64,000 nt of DNA from Eubacteriales bacterium (GTDB lineage Bacteria; Bacillota; Clostridia; Oscillospirales; SIG627). The DNA lies in the NCBI GenBank assembly GCA_045536965.1, contig JAZSON010000012.1, positions 147,889-211,888 on the forward strand. Reading direction: 5' to 3'. The position numbers were made by a program, and so were the translations under genes. Shown here one piece after another: positions 35,298-43,962 of the stretch. Each line of letters begins with the position of its first letter. The first letter of the stretch is position 1. Under the pieces are notes generated by a model. That model was not told where the DNA came from. It was given only the letters and a program-made list of their open reading frames with translations, and searched no databases.

Positions 35298-35340
35298 AAG
35301 GGTCTGTTGCGACCGATAGGTTGCAACAGACCCTTTTTGT
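35298..35340 (+). terminator. Rho-independent terminator ending cassette locus 2
   Basis: AAGGGTCTGTTGCgaccgataggttGCAACAGACCCTTtttgt. Confidence 0.75.
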
Positions 35341-35397
35341 GTAAGAATTGCAGTAGGTTTATGATCATGGATCGGGGCATATTAAAACACAAAAGCA

Positions 35398-35423
35398 GGG
35401 CGTTGTGTTTTTGCACAACGCCC
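35398..35423 (-). terminator. Terminator of the aldo/keto reductase-cysE unit
   Basis: GGGCGTTGTG/CACAACGCCC stem, with a T-rich tail on the minus strand. Confidence 0.6.
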
Positions 35424-35437
35424 GAAAGAGAAGCTTT

Positions 35438-36580
35438 TTAGGCTTTGGCGGGTTCAAACATGGCTTTTGCCTGCTTGAGCCGACGGATAATATCGATATG
35501 CTGAGGACAGACTCGCTCGCAGGCGCCGCAGCCGATGCAGGCAGAGGCGGGCGCTTGGCTCAGTCCTTTGGTCACCCAATCAAAACGTCCTTTTGCCGCC
35601 CTCATATTTTTATATTGACTTTCAACATTCAGAGCGTTCAAAATCCCATATATCGCAATATTTTTGGGACACCCTTTCATACAATAACCGCAACCTGTAC
35701 AAGGAATCGTGTCGGCAGAAAGGATAATCTCCTGCGCCATTTCCACGATTTTCCTTTCCTCGTCCGACAGGGGAGAAAAGCCTTTCATGGTGGCAAGGTT
35801 GTCCTCCATCTGCGCCATGTCGGACATACCGCTTAAAACGGTGATGATTCCTTCCAGCGAAGCGGCAAAGCGAATGGCCCACGAAGAAATCGATACAGCG
35901 GGATTAAATTCTTTAAACAACGCTTCAACGGCGGGCGGCGGAGAGGCAAGCATACCGCCCTTGACGGGTTCCATAATAATGATGGGTTTACCATGTTTAC
36001 GGGCAACCTCATAACACAGACGGGATTCGACGGCGGGATTGTCCCAATCGCCGTAATTGATTTGCAGTTGGACAAATTCCATCTCGGGATGGGCGGTCAA
36101 AATTTCATCCAGAACCGCCGCCTTATCGTGGAACGAAAAACCGAGATGACGGATGAGTCCCGCTTTTTTCTTTTCTTGCAAAAAGTCCCATATACCGAAG
36201 TCATCGAAATAATGCGTACGTTTTTCGCCTAAATTATGAAGCAAATAATAGTCGAAATATCCCGCGCCCGTACGAGCAAGAGAAATATCGAACATGGCTT
36301 TGGCTTCCTCTGCGCTTTTTGCTCCCAGCCACGCAGGCAATTTGGTTGCCAAAATGAAGCTGTCACGGGGATAGCGATCCACCAAAGCTTCCTTTGCCGC
36401 CATTTCGGAGGCACCGTCGCCGTAGCCGTAGGCGGTGTCAAAATACACAAAGCCCGCCGACATGAAAGCATCCACCATAGCTTTTGTCTGTTCTATGTCG
36501 ATGACGTCCCCTTTCATGGGCAGACGCATCAGGCCAAAGCCAAGTTTTGGCATTTCCTTTACTTGTTTTTGATCGATCAT
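35438..36580 (-). CDS. Aldo/keto reductase with a C-terminal 4Fe-4S ferredoxin domain
   Basis: AKR blocks (GFGLMRLP, DTAYGYG, LGFSFH) plus CTGCGYCMKGCP and CIGCGACERVCP. Confidence 0.8.
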   Translation of the reverse strand: MIDQKQVKEMPKLGFGLMRLPMKGDVIDIEQTKAMVDAFMSAGFVYFDTAYGYGDGASEMAAKEALVDRYPRDSFILATKLPAWLGAKSAEEAKAMFDISLARTGAGYFDYYLLHNLGEKRTHYFDDFGIWDFLQEKKKAGLIRHLGFSFHDKAAVLDEILTAHPEMEFVQLQINYGDWDNPAVESRLCYEVARKHGKPIIIMEPVKGGMLASPPPAVEALFKEFNPAVSISSWAIRFAASLEGIITVLSGMSDMAQMEDNLATMKGFSPLSDEERKIVEMAQEIILSADTIPCTGCGYCMKGCPKNIAIYGILNALNVESQYKNMRAAKGRFDWVTKGLSQAPASACIGCGACERVCPQHIDIIRRLKQAKAMFEPAKA

Positions 36581-36584
36581 CGTT

Positions 36585-37286
36585 TTACTCCTTATCGGGA
36601 TTTTGCGCCGAAAGTTTTCGTTCCAATTCTAAAATGCGCTGCTGCATTTTGCAAAGCTCCTGAGAAATAGGATCGGGGATATGCACCTGATCAAGCGATT
36701 GGGCGGGTGCTGCCGCCGCTTTCATCTGGCGAGTGCTTCGTCCCGGCACGCCGACAACCGTAGCGCCCGGCTCGACATCGCACAAAACCACGGCATTGGC
36801 ACCCACGCGGGCATTATCTCCCACAGTACAAGGTCCGAGAATCTGGCTTCCCGCGCCGACCAGCACATTATTGCCGAGGGTGGGGTGGCGTTTCCCCGTG
36901 TCCTTACCCGTGCCACCGAGGGTAACACCATGATAAATGGTGCAATTATCGCCGATTTCAGCGGTCTCACCAATTACAACGCCCATGCCGTGGTCAATAA
37001 AAAGACCTTTACCGATCTTGGCGGCAGGGTGGATCTCAATACCTGTTTTATGCCGACAACGCTGGGAAATATACCGCGCCAAGCCAAACCACTTATGCTT
37101 TTGAAAAAAATGGGCAGTATGGTACATACGCAGGGCACGAAAACCGGGATACAAAAAATAAACTTGCAATACCCCTCTTGCCGCAGGATCGCGGGCGGCA
37201 ATGGAGCGGGCATCGTCTAACATTCCTTTATAATACATGTTGTTTTTCCGCCTTTTCGCTTCGATTGCTTCAATTATAGCATACAT
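36585..37286 (-). CDS. cysE: Serine O-acetyltransferase
   Basis: RDPAARGVLQVYFLYPGFRAL, then hexapeptide repeats GIEIHPAAKIGKGLFIDHGMGVVIGETAEIGDNCTIYHGVTLGG. The exact start (MYAI.. versus the internal MYYKG..) is uncertain. Confidence 0.85.
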   Translation of the reverse strand: MYAIIEAIEAKRRKNNMYYKGMLDDARSIAARDPAARGVLQVYFLYPGFRALRMYHTAHFFQKHKWFGLARYISQRCRHKTGIEIHPAAKIGKGLFIDHGMGVVIGETAEIGDNCTIYHGVTLGGTGKDTGKRHPTLGNNVLVGAGSQILGPCTVGDNARVGANAVVLCDVEPGATVVGVPGRSTRQMKAAAAPAQSLDQVHIPDPISQELCKMQQRILELERKLSAQNPDKE

Positions 37287-37319
37287 GCATTTCTTGTCAA
37301 TAGAGCGGGTTAATTTTGC

Positions 37320-37348
37320 TTGACACCGACGGGTTTATCCCGTATAAT
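37320..37348 (+). promoter_or_regulatory. Consensus sigma-A promoter of the nusB-xseAB operon
   Basis: TTGACA, 17 nt, then TATAAT. Confidence 0.7.
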
Positions 37349-37386
37349 AGAGAGAGACAATATGTCGAAAGGAAGCGGCAGATGCC

Positions 37387-37887
37387 GTGAAAGAAAAAAT
37401 GACTACTAAAGGAACCGTACCCGGAAGAAGACGTTTGAGAGAAGCCGTCTTTACCATGATTTTTCAGGCGGAATATCACGAGGAGTGTCTGCCTGAGGAT
37501 TTGTTTGATTCGGTTTGGGAGGAGTTTTGCGGAAAAACACCTCTCTGTGCTCTCTATGAAGAAATTGCCGCAAGCACAGGAGAGGCAAAAAATGCCGCCG
37601 ATGCTTATTTGCGCAATACTTTTTTGGGCGTATTGAACCACAAAGACGAAATCGATGAAAAAATCACCGCCGCCAGCGTGGGTTGGCGAAAGGAAAGAAT
37701 GTCAAAGGTTGTTTTGGCCGTTTTGCGTCTTTCTGTTTATGAAATGCTTTTCGCCGAAGATGTGGCGGTCAGCATTGCCATCAACGAGGCGGTAGATCTG
37801 ACCAAACGCTATGAGGATGCTCAAATGTCGGCATTTGTCAACGGCGTTTTGGGTAAGATCAGCCAAGGGCAAACAGAATCGATATGA
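37387..37887 (+). CDS. nusB: Transcription antitermination factor NusB
   Basis: RRRLREAVFTMIFQAEY...VVLAVLRLSVYEMLF...INEAVDLTKRY...FVNGVLG. The start is GTG 37387 or ATG 37399. Confidence 0.85.
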   Translation: MKEKMTTKGTVPGRRRLREAVFTMIFQAEYHEECLPEDLFDSVWEEFCGKTPLCALYEEIAASTGEAKNAADAYLRNTFLGVLNHKDEIDEKITAASVGWRKERMSKVVLAVLRLSVYEMLFAEDVAVSIAINEAVDLTKRYEDAQMSAFVNGVLGKISQGQTESI

Positions 37888-38831
37888 CAATGCGGGTTGA
37901 TTTCGGTATCGATACCAGCAATTATACAACCTCAGTAGCGGCAATTGCCGAGGACGGACGCATGTTTCGTCTCGGTAAACTTTTGCCTGTGCGCGAGGGA
38001 GAACGGGGGCTTCGCCAAAGCGATGCCCTTTTCCACCATACGGCCGCTTTGCCGTCTCTTATGGAAGATTTGCAAAAACAACTCTTTCAAACCTACAAAA
38101 ACTTTTGCGTCGCCTCGGTCGGTGTTTCCTCCCGTCCCCGCAATGTGGACGGGTCTTACATGCCTTGCTTTTTAGCAGGTGTCAACGCCGCCACCGCCCT
38201 ATCGGTGGGAAGCGGTGCAAGACTGTATTCTTTTTCACACCAAGAAGGTCATATCGCCGCCGCTGTATATGGTTGCCCCGATTTTGTGCAGGAAACACCA
38301 AAGTTTTATGTTTTTCACATGTCAGGCGGTACCTGCGAGCTGCTTTTGGCAAAAAAAAGCGGTATCGGTTATCACTGCGACATCGTGGCCGCCACCAAGG
38401 ATATTACCTGCGGTCAGTTGGTGGATCGGGTTGGCGTGTCTCTCGGGCTCTCTTTTCCGTGCGGAAAAGCGCTGGAAGAGTTAGCAAAACCCCTCCCCTT
38501 TGGAAAAATGCCGAAAATTGCGGGAGAAGGCGGTTTTGTTCACCTTTCCGGCTTTGAAAACAAGGCCGAGGATATGCGAAAACAAAATAAATCCCCCGCA
38601 GAAATTGCCGCTTTTGTCTACGATGTCATTCGCGCAACCACCCAAACCATGATAACGCAAAGCGGCGCCGCCGATACAAAGCTTCCCATCTTATATGCAG
38701 GCGGTGTCATGAGCAGTGGGCGGCTGAAAGAAGTCTTGTCGGGATATTTTACTGAGCCAGCCTTGGCCACTGACAATGCTTGCGGCATCGCACTTTTGGC
38801 AAAAACAGCGCGAGAGGGGGAAGCCTTATGA
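37884..38831 (+). CDS. Kae1/TsaD-like (ASKHA fold, peptidase M22 family) protein
   Basis: GIDTSNYTTSVA N-terminus and an HQEGH metal-binding-like motif. Shorter than canonical TsaD. Confidence 0.55.
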   Translation: MTMRVDFGIDTSNYTTSVAAIAEDGRMFRLGKLLPVREGERGLRQSDALFHHTAALPSLMEDLQKQLFQTYKNFCVASVGVSSRPRNVDGSYMPCFLAGVNAATALSVGSGARLYSFSHQEGHIAAAVYGCPDFVQETPKFYVFHMSGGTCELLLAKKSGIGYHCDIVAATKDITCGQLVDRVGVSLGLSFPCGKALEELAKPLPFGKMPKIAGEGGFVHLSGFENKAEDMRKQNKSPAEIAAFVYDVIRATTQTMITQSGAADTKLPILYAGGVMSSGRLKEVLSGYFTEPALATDNACGIALLAKTAREGEAL

Positions 38832-40054
38832 ATGAAGACCGCATTTTACGGGTCGGAGAAGTCAATTTATATGTCAAAACCCTGCTGGACGGGGACCCCA
38901 TCCTACGCGATGTGTTCGTTCGCGGTGAAATATCCAATTTTACCAACCATTATAAAACCGGTCACTTTTATTTCACCTTGAAAGATGAAGAAGGGGCGCT
39001 CAAAGCAGTCATGTTCAAATATGCTGCCGCAAAGCTCCAATTTCTCCCCGAAAACGGCATGAAAGTAATAGCACACGGTCGCATTTCCTCTTTTGTGCGA
39101 GACGGCGCCTATCAATTATACGTCGAGGACATGGAGCCTGACGGCATCGGCGCTTTGTATATTGCTTTTGAGCAACGCAAAGAGCAGTTGCAAAAAGAAG
39201 GCCTTTTTGATGAGGCATACAAAAAACCGCTTCCCGCCTTTCCGCACCGTGTCGGTATTATTACCTCCCCGACAGGCGCGGCGGTAAGAGATATTATCCA
39301 TGTTGCCAATCGCCGTTGGCCGCTTGCCGAATTGGTGCTCTTTCCTGCCTTGGTGCAAGGTGAAGGCGCACCTGCACAGCTTTGCCGCGGTGTTCGTTAT
39401 TTCAACGAAAGCTGTCCCGTCGACGTGATCATTCTCGGTCGTGGCGGTGGATCGCTTGAAGAACTTTGGGCATTCAATGATGAGGCTCTCGCCCGCGCCA
39501 TCTTTCACTCGCGTATTCCCATTATTTCGGCCGTCGGACACGAAACGGATTTTTCCATCAGTGACTTTGTCAGTGATGTGCGCGCTCCCACTCCTTCGGC
39601 AGCAGCCGAGATCGCTCTGCCCGACATGGCAAAGGTCAAAGATTCTCTCGCCCGCACGGGTATGCGCATGACAGCGGGTCTGCAAGGCAAACTTCAAACA
39701 TTGCGGGCACGCGTGGACGGTATTGCAAAAAAGCGTTGTCTCACCGCGGCGACCGTTCCGATCGATGATCGGCGCATGGCGGTAGCCCATTTGGAAACAC
39801 GGCTCGAAAACTATATCGATCGTTTGATGGAAAAAAACCGCGCCGCTTTAGGTCTGCGCGCCGAAAATTTAAAAAATCTCAACCCGTTGGCTATCATTGC
39901 GCGGGGTTATTCGGCTGTATTTGATGCAAACGGGCAGGTCATCCGCAGTGTACGGCAAGTTAAACCCGGAGACATCGTATCATTCCGCACGGCTGACGGC
40001 AGTGTGAAAGCAGAAGTCAAGGAAACCGCCACACAAGATTTAGAGAGGAGTTAA
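38828..40054 (+). CDS. xseA: Exodeoxyribonuclease VII large subunit
   Basis: Start at MNEDRILRVGEVNLYVKTLL (ATGA overlap). OB fold GEISNFTNHYKTGHFYFTLKD, then GIITSPTGAAVRDI...GRGGGSLEELWAFNDE. Confidence 0.9.
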   Translation: MNEDRILRVGEVNLYVKTLLDGDPILRDVFVRGEISNFTNHYKTGHFYFTLKDEEGALKAVMFKYAAAKLQFLPENGMKVIAHGRISSFVRDGAYQLYVEDMEPDGIGALYIAFEQRKEQLQKEGLFDEAYKKPLPAFPHRVGIITSPTGAAVRDIIHVANRRWPLAELVLFPALVQGEGAPAQLCRGVRYFNESCPVDVIILGRGGGSLEELWAFNDEALARAIFHSRIPIISAVGHETDFSISDFVSDVRAPTPSAAAEIALPDMAKVKDSLARTGMRMTAGLQGKLQTLRARVDGIAKKRCLTAATVPIDDRRMAVAHLETRLENYIDRLMEKNRAALGLRAENLKNLNPLAIIARGYSAVFDANGQVIRSVRQVKPGDIVSFRTADGSVKAEVKETATQDLERS

Positions 40055-40057
40055 AAA

Positions 40058-40294
40058 ATGAACGAACAAAAACCTACATTTGAAGAAGCCCTCGCACGGT
40101 TGGATGAAATTGTGCGCGGTCTGGAAGAACAAAAAACGCCGCTTGATTCCTCGTTGGCACTCTTTGAAGAGGGTGTCGGTCTTGTCAAAATTTGCACGCA
40201 ATTGCTTGACAACGCCGAACAAAAGGTGAAAATATTGACCCGTGATGAAAACGGGCAGGTAACCGAAGCGCCGTTCGTTGGTGAAAAATCATAA
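40058..40294 (+). CDS. xseB: Exodeoxyribonuclease VII small subunit
   Basis: TFEEALARLDEIVRGLEEQKTPLDSSLALFEEGVGLVKICTQLL. Confidence 0.9.
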   Translation: MNEQKPTFEEALARLDEIVRGLEEQKTPLDSSLALFEEGVGLVKICTQLLDNAEQKVKILTRDENGQVTEAPFVGEKS

Positions 40295-40311
40295 TTTCAC
40301 CCAAATACCCC

Positions 40312-40340
40312 TTGCCAAAACAAAGCATATATGCTATAAT
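40312..40340 (+). promoter_or_regulatory. Candidate sigma-A promoter of the LRR lipoprotein gene
   Basis: TTGCCA, 17 nt, then TATAAT. Confidence 0.6.
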
Positions 40341-40427
40341 GCAGACAGAATATCGAGTTTGTTTTTTTCTTGTAGGGAAAAACTCGGTATCCGTTCTGCC
40401 TATACTAATATTTTGGAGGACAAGTTT

Positions 40428-42545
40428 ATGAAAACCTTGAAAAGATCTCTTCACCTTCTCCTCGTCCTGGCGCTCACGCTGTCTATGGCTCTGATGAGTG
40501 TTTCCTGCGGCGGCGAAGAAGAACAGCCCAGCGATGATACAAACAAACCTGCAGATCCCACTGTCACAGGCATTGAAGCCATCATCAATGTAGCAGAACT
40601 TCCCGCCGGCTCCAAGGTCGAAAGCTACGCACACATGATCTCGGTCATGCAAGTGTATTCCGATTCGACCGCTGACAAGCCGCACAAAGAAGCCGTCACC
40701 GATTTCACCGTTGAAACCAAGGGCGTTATCACTGCCGGCGATAATAAAATCACCGTTAAGAGCGGTAGTTTTACCACCACTGTTTCTTACAAAGGCGTAG
40801 ATGCCTCTGCCGCCGAACTTTTCGAGTTTGACGCAGCCACCGGTACCATCACCGGTTTCGTTCCTTTCAACAAAGTTGAACTGACCGACGAAGACGGCGA
40901 TACCTACATGGGTTATCCCAGCGCCGAATATCCCACCACTCTTGTTATTCCTTCCGAAATCGGCGGTGTTAAAGTTGTCGCCATCGGCAACAAAGCGTTT
41001 TCTCCCGAAGACGAGATCACTGAGTTTACCAAAGTGCTTCTCCCCGACACCATCACCACCATCGACAGCCTTGCTTTTGCTTATGCCAGCAAAGTTGTGA
41101 AAGATGAGGATGCTCCCGATACCGGTTTTGATCGCTTCAAAGCCGCCGGCGGTTTGGATTCCATTGCAATTCCTTCCACCGTCACCGAACTTGGCGAAAA
41201 AGCATTCATGGAATGTGGCTCTTTGGTCAACATCGTATTGCCCGAAACCATTACCGCCATCCGCGACAGAACCTTCGACGCTTGCTATTCTTTAAAAACC
41301 TTTACGGTTCCCAAGAGCGTGAAAACTCTCGGCAACTATGCATTTAGAAAATGCTACAACCTCGTTTCCTTCACTTTGTCCGCCGGTATTGATACCATCG
41401 GCCGCGAAACCTTCCACTACTGCGAAGCTCTTGAAGAATTGGTCATCCCCGAAGGTGTTAAAACCATCGGCGAAGAAGCCTTCCTCGACTGCTCGAAGCT
41501 TATGAAGATCACCTTCCCCTCCACGCTTGAAGTTGTTGGTAAGGATGCCTTCAACCAAACCTGTAAGTGGAGATACAACCAACCCAAAAACAGCCCTGTT
41601 TACGCCGGAAACGTTTTGATCGGTTATAACTACGAAACCAAAGTGGTCAAAGACGAAAGAACCGGTTTGGATGTTGAAGTCGACATCATCCCCGAATCCC
41701 TTGTCATCGAAGCCAAAGAAGGCACCGTCGCCATTGGCGAATCTGCTTTCGTAGGCGCTGATCACATCACCGCCGTCACCCTGCCCTCTACCGTGAAATA
41801 TATCGGTCAACGCGCTTTTGACGGTTGTTCCGGTCTCACCGCCATCGCGCTTCCCAAAGATGTCACCCTTGGTGCACTGGCTTTCCGCAACTGCTCCAAA
41901 TTGGCTAACATCACCATTCCCGATGCTCTCGGCGAAATCGGAGAAAACGCACTCCAAAACACCGCTTGGCTCTCTGCTCAGCCTGCAGGTGTTGTTTACC
42001 TCGGCAACTATGCTTACGCATTCATTTCCGGTGAAGGCAACTCTACCGCCGACATCACTCTCCGCGACGGCACGACCTCTTTCGCAGATACCCTTTTCGC
42101 AGGTCAAAAAGGCTTGAACTCCGTTGTCATCCCCGACAGCATCAAGACCATTCCTGCCGGCGCATTCGCATCCTGCACCGCTCTTGTTTCCATCACCCTT
42201 GGCAACGGCGTTGAATCCATCGGTGACAGCGCATTCGCCAACTGCTCGGCTCTCAAGACCGTCAACTTCGGTACCGGCTTGAAGACCATTGGCACCAAAG
42301 CATTCTACAACCTTCCCCAATTGCTCACCACCAAATTGCCCGAAGGTTTGACCACCATCGGCTCTGAGGCATTCGGTGCTTGCATCCGTTTGGCAGACGT
42401 CACGATCCCCGCAAGCGTTACCGCTATCGGCGACAATGCTTACTTGGATTGCGTTACTTTGCAAGTGAAAGGTGTTACCGTTACCGCAGGTTCCTTCGCA
42501 GAAACCTACATGAAGGCAAACGGTTTCAAATGCAAAAACGCTTAA
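40428..42545 (+). CDS. BspA-type leucine-rich-repeat surface lipoprotein
   Basis: Start at MKTLKRSLHLLLVLALTLSMALMSVSCGG (lipobox). Many repeats of the pattern IP.SVt.IG..AF..C..L..v. Confidence 0.8.
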   Translation: MKTLKRSLHLLLVLALTLSMALMSVSCGGEEEQPSDDTNKPADPTVTGIEAIINVAELPAGSKVESYAHMISVMQVYSDSTADKPHKEAVTDFTVETKGVITAGDNKITVKSGSFTTTVSYKGVDASAAELFEFDAATGTITGFVPFNKVELTDEDGDTYMGYPSAEYPTTLVIPSEIGGVKVVAIGNKAFSPEDEITEFTKVLLPDTITTIDSLAFAYASKVVKDEDAPDTGFDRFKAAGGLDSIAIPSTVTELGEKAFMECGSLVNIVLPETITAIRDRTFDACYSLKTFTVPKSVKTLGNYAFRKCYNLVSFTLSAGIDTIGRETFHYCEALEELVIPEGVKTIGEEAFLDCSKLMKITFPSTLEVVGKDAFNQTCKWRYNQPKNSPVYAGNVLIGYNYETKVVKDERTGLDVEVDIIPESLVIEAKEGTVAIGESAFVGADHITAVTLPSTVKYIGQRAFDGCSGLTAIALPKDVTLGALAFRNCSKLANITIPDALGEIGENALQNTAWLSAQPAGVVYLGNYAYAFISGEGNSTADITLRDGTTSFADTLFAGQKGLNSVVIPDSIKTIPAGAFASCTALVSITLGNGVESIGDSAFANCSALKTVNFGTGLKTIGTKAFYNLPQLLTTKLPEGLTTIGSEAFGACIRLADVTIPASVTAIGDNAYLDCVTLQVKGVTVTAGSFAETYMKANGFKCKNA

Positions 42546-42558
42546 TTACCCATAATAT

Positions 42559-42594
42559 AAGGGCGGCATGCAATGCCGCCCTTACTTTATTTTC
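42559..42594 (+). terminator. Rho-independent terminator
   Basis: AAGGGCGGCATgcaATGCCGCCCTTactttatttt. Confidence 0.75.
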
Positions 42595-42611
42595 AAAAAG
42601 GAGTGGGCCGC

Positions 42612-43604
42612 ATGTCACATACACAAAGCAAATCATGGCAACATGTTGTGGCGACTTTTTTGTGTGTTTTAATGTTTTTCCTGCTCATAAGTAGTAATCT
42701 ATTCTATATGCTCAACTGCATTACAAGCGGGAATTTTCTTGAAAATGTTTTCAAAGCAAGTCCGCTCACCTCCATTTCTGCCACATATTTTGCCGAAGAA
42801 GACACCTTGCGAGAAGTCGGCTTGGATCAGAATGCCAGCGTGTCGGAATACATTCTCGCAGAATTTTTAAACGGTCAAAACAATACGGCCGTTGAAGTGG
42901 GCGGTGGAGACACCACCCTCGCGCCAACGCGCAAGGTGAGCGGAGAAGAGATTCGGGACATTCTCGACCGTACAACATTGGATGATTTTATGGAAGAAAG
43001 AATCGCCGATATGTTTACCTCGATGGCAACGGGAAAAACACCAAAAGGTATGACGGCCGACGAAGTAAACGATCTTCTGAAGGAAAATGAAGCTGTGATC
43101 ATGGAATACACCGATGAACCCATTGGGGAAGGTGTTAAAAATGCTGTAAATGACTTTTTCGCAACCGACATAGGAAAAGCCCTTTCAGAACCAACTTCAT
43201 TACAAACCGAAAACAATGGCACTCTGCAACAGCTCGATGAAATCACCAGATTCCTTCAACAATTCAACACACCAATATACTGGATCCTCCTATTGAGCGC
43301 TACACTGATCTTTGCCGTCATCACGGTTCTCATACACTCTAATCGCGCAAACGGCCTTATTTACGGCGGTATTTCGACTTTGGCGGGCGGTCTGATCATA
43401 TTTTCTGTCAACTCTCTCCTTTCTTTCATACTGTCTGCATTAAGCATCGTCCCTGAGACACTACGCAGTGTTTCCGACGCCTTTATTAACGTGATGCAGC
43501 AAAGCGTTTTACCGTGTGCCATCGGAGAAATCGTACTCTCGGTTGTTATGATTGCAGTAGCAATTATATGGAAATCGCGGCGAAAACCAACGCAAAACAC
43601 ATAA
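42612..43604 (+). CDS. Hypothetical membrane protein
   Basis: Start at MSHTQSK (RBS aaaggag). One N-terminal TM and about 3 C-terminal TM helices. No family recognised. Confidence 0.5.
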   Translation: MSHTQSKSWQHVVATFLCVLMFFLLISSNLFYMLNCITSGNFLENVFKASPLTSISATYFAEEDTLREVGLDQNASVSEYILAEFLNGQNNTAVEVGGGDTTLAPTRKVSGEEIRDILDRTTLDDFMEERIADMFTSMATGKTPKGMTADEVNDLLKENEAVIMEYTDEPIGEGVKNAVNDFFATDIGKALSEPTSLQTENNGTLQQLDEITRFLQQFNTPIYWILLLSATLIFAVITVLIHSNRANGLIYGGISTLAGGLIIFSVNSLLSFILSALSIVPETLRSVSDAFINVMQQSVLPCAIGEIVLSVVMIAVAIIWKSRRKPTQNT

Positions 43605-43723
43605 CATACAGCAAAAAGCGGCTTCGGGGAAAACATAGTTTTTCCCGAAGCCATATTGATTTAAAATGCGGAGACTTTTTTATTTTTTATTAAAAATATC
43701 CCATTAGAAACATAAAAAAAGCC

Positions 43724-43752
43724 TTGACAAGCGAAATTGATTGTGCTATAAT
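43724..43752 (+). promoter_or_regulatory. Consensus sigma-A promoter of tRNA-Pro
   Basis: TTGACA, 17 nt, then TATAAT, ending 11 nt before the tRNA 5' end. Confidence 0.7.
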
Positions 43753-43763
43753 TTCTCTGTTAT

Positions 43764-43840
43764 CTGGGTGTGGCGCAGTTTGGTAGCGCGCTACCTTGGG
43801 GTGGTAGAGGCCGCTGGTTCAACTCCAGTCACTCAGACCA
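43764..43840 (+). tRNA. tRNA-Pro (anticodon GGG), CCA encoded
   Basis: Folded by hand. Acceptor CTGGGTG/CACTCAG, D arm GCGC..GCGC, anticodon arm CTACC-TTGGGGT-GGTAG, T arm GCTGG-TTCAACT-CCAGT, then ACCA. Confidence 0.85.
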
Positions 43841-43875
43841 AAATCCCGAACGCAATAGCGTTCGGGATTTTTTTC
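43841..43875 (+). terminator. Rho-independent terminator after tRNA-Pro
   Basis: AAATCCCGAACGCaataGCGTTCGGGATTTtttttcg. Confidence 0.8.
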
Positions 43876-43962
43876 GTCTTAACTGAATTAAAAAACAAAA
43901 AACCAAGAACTGCTTATAAAAAACGGTGTTGTCAAAAGACAACACCGTTTTTCTGTATCATA

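Noticed and set aside
11878-35437. Possibility that the two cassette loci are parts of a mobile element or genomic island, with integrase, transposase, att repeats or a flanking tRNA.
   Set aside because: There are no recombinase genes and no terminal inverted or direct repeats apart from the leader itself. The ~15 kb between the loci is core metabolism (tatD, metG, nagA, aconitase, whiA). The only tRNA, at 43.8 kb, is not adjacent to either locus.
37297-37641. 114-aa minus-strand ORF.
   Set aside because: It overlaps the consensus nusB promoter and the nusB 5' coding region. It has no RBS or family resemblance.
41292-42464. 390-aa minus-strand ORF.
   Set aside because: It is antisense to the LRR lipoprotein gene, whose repeat periodicity and lipobox identify the true coding strand.
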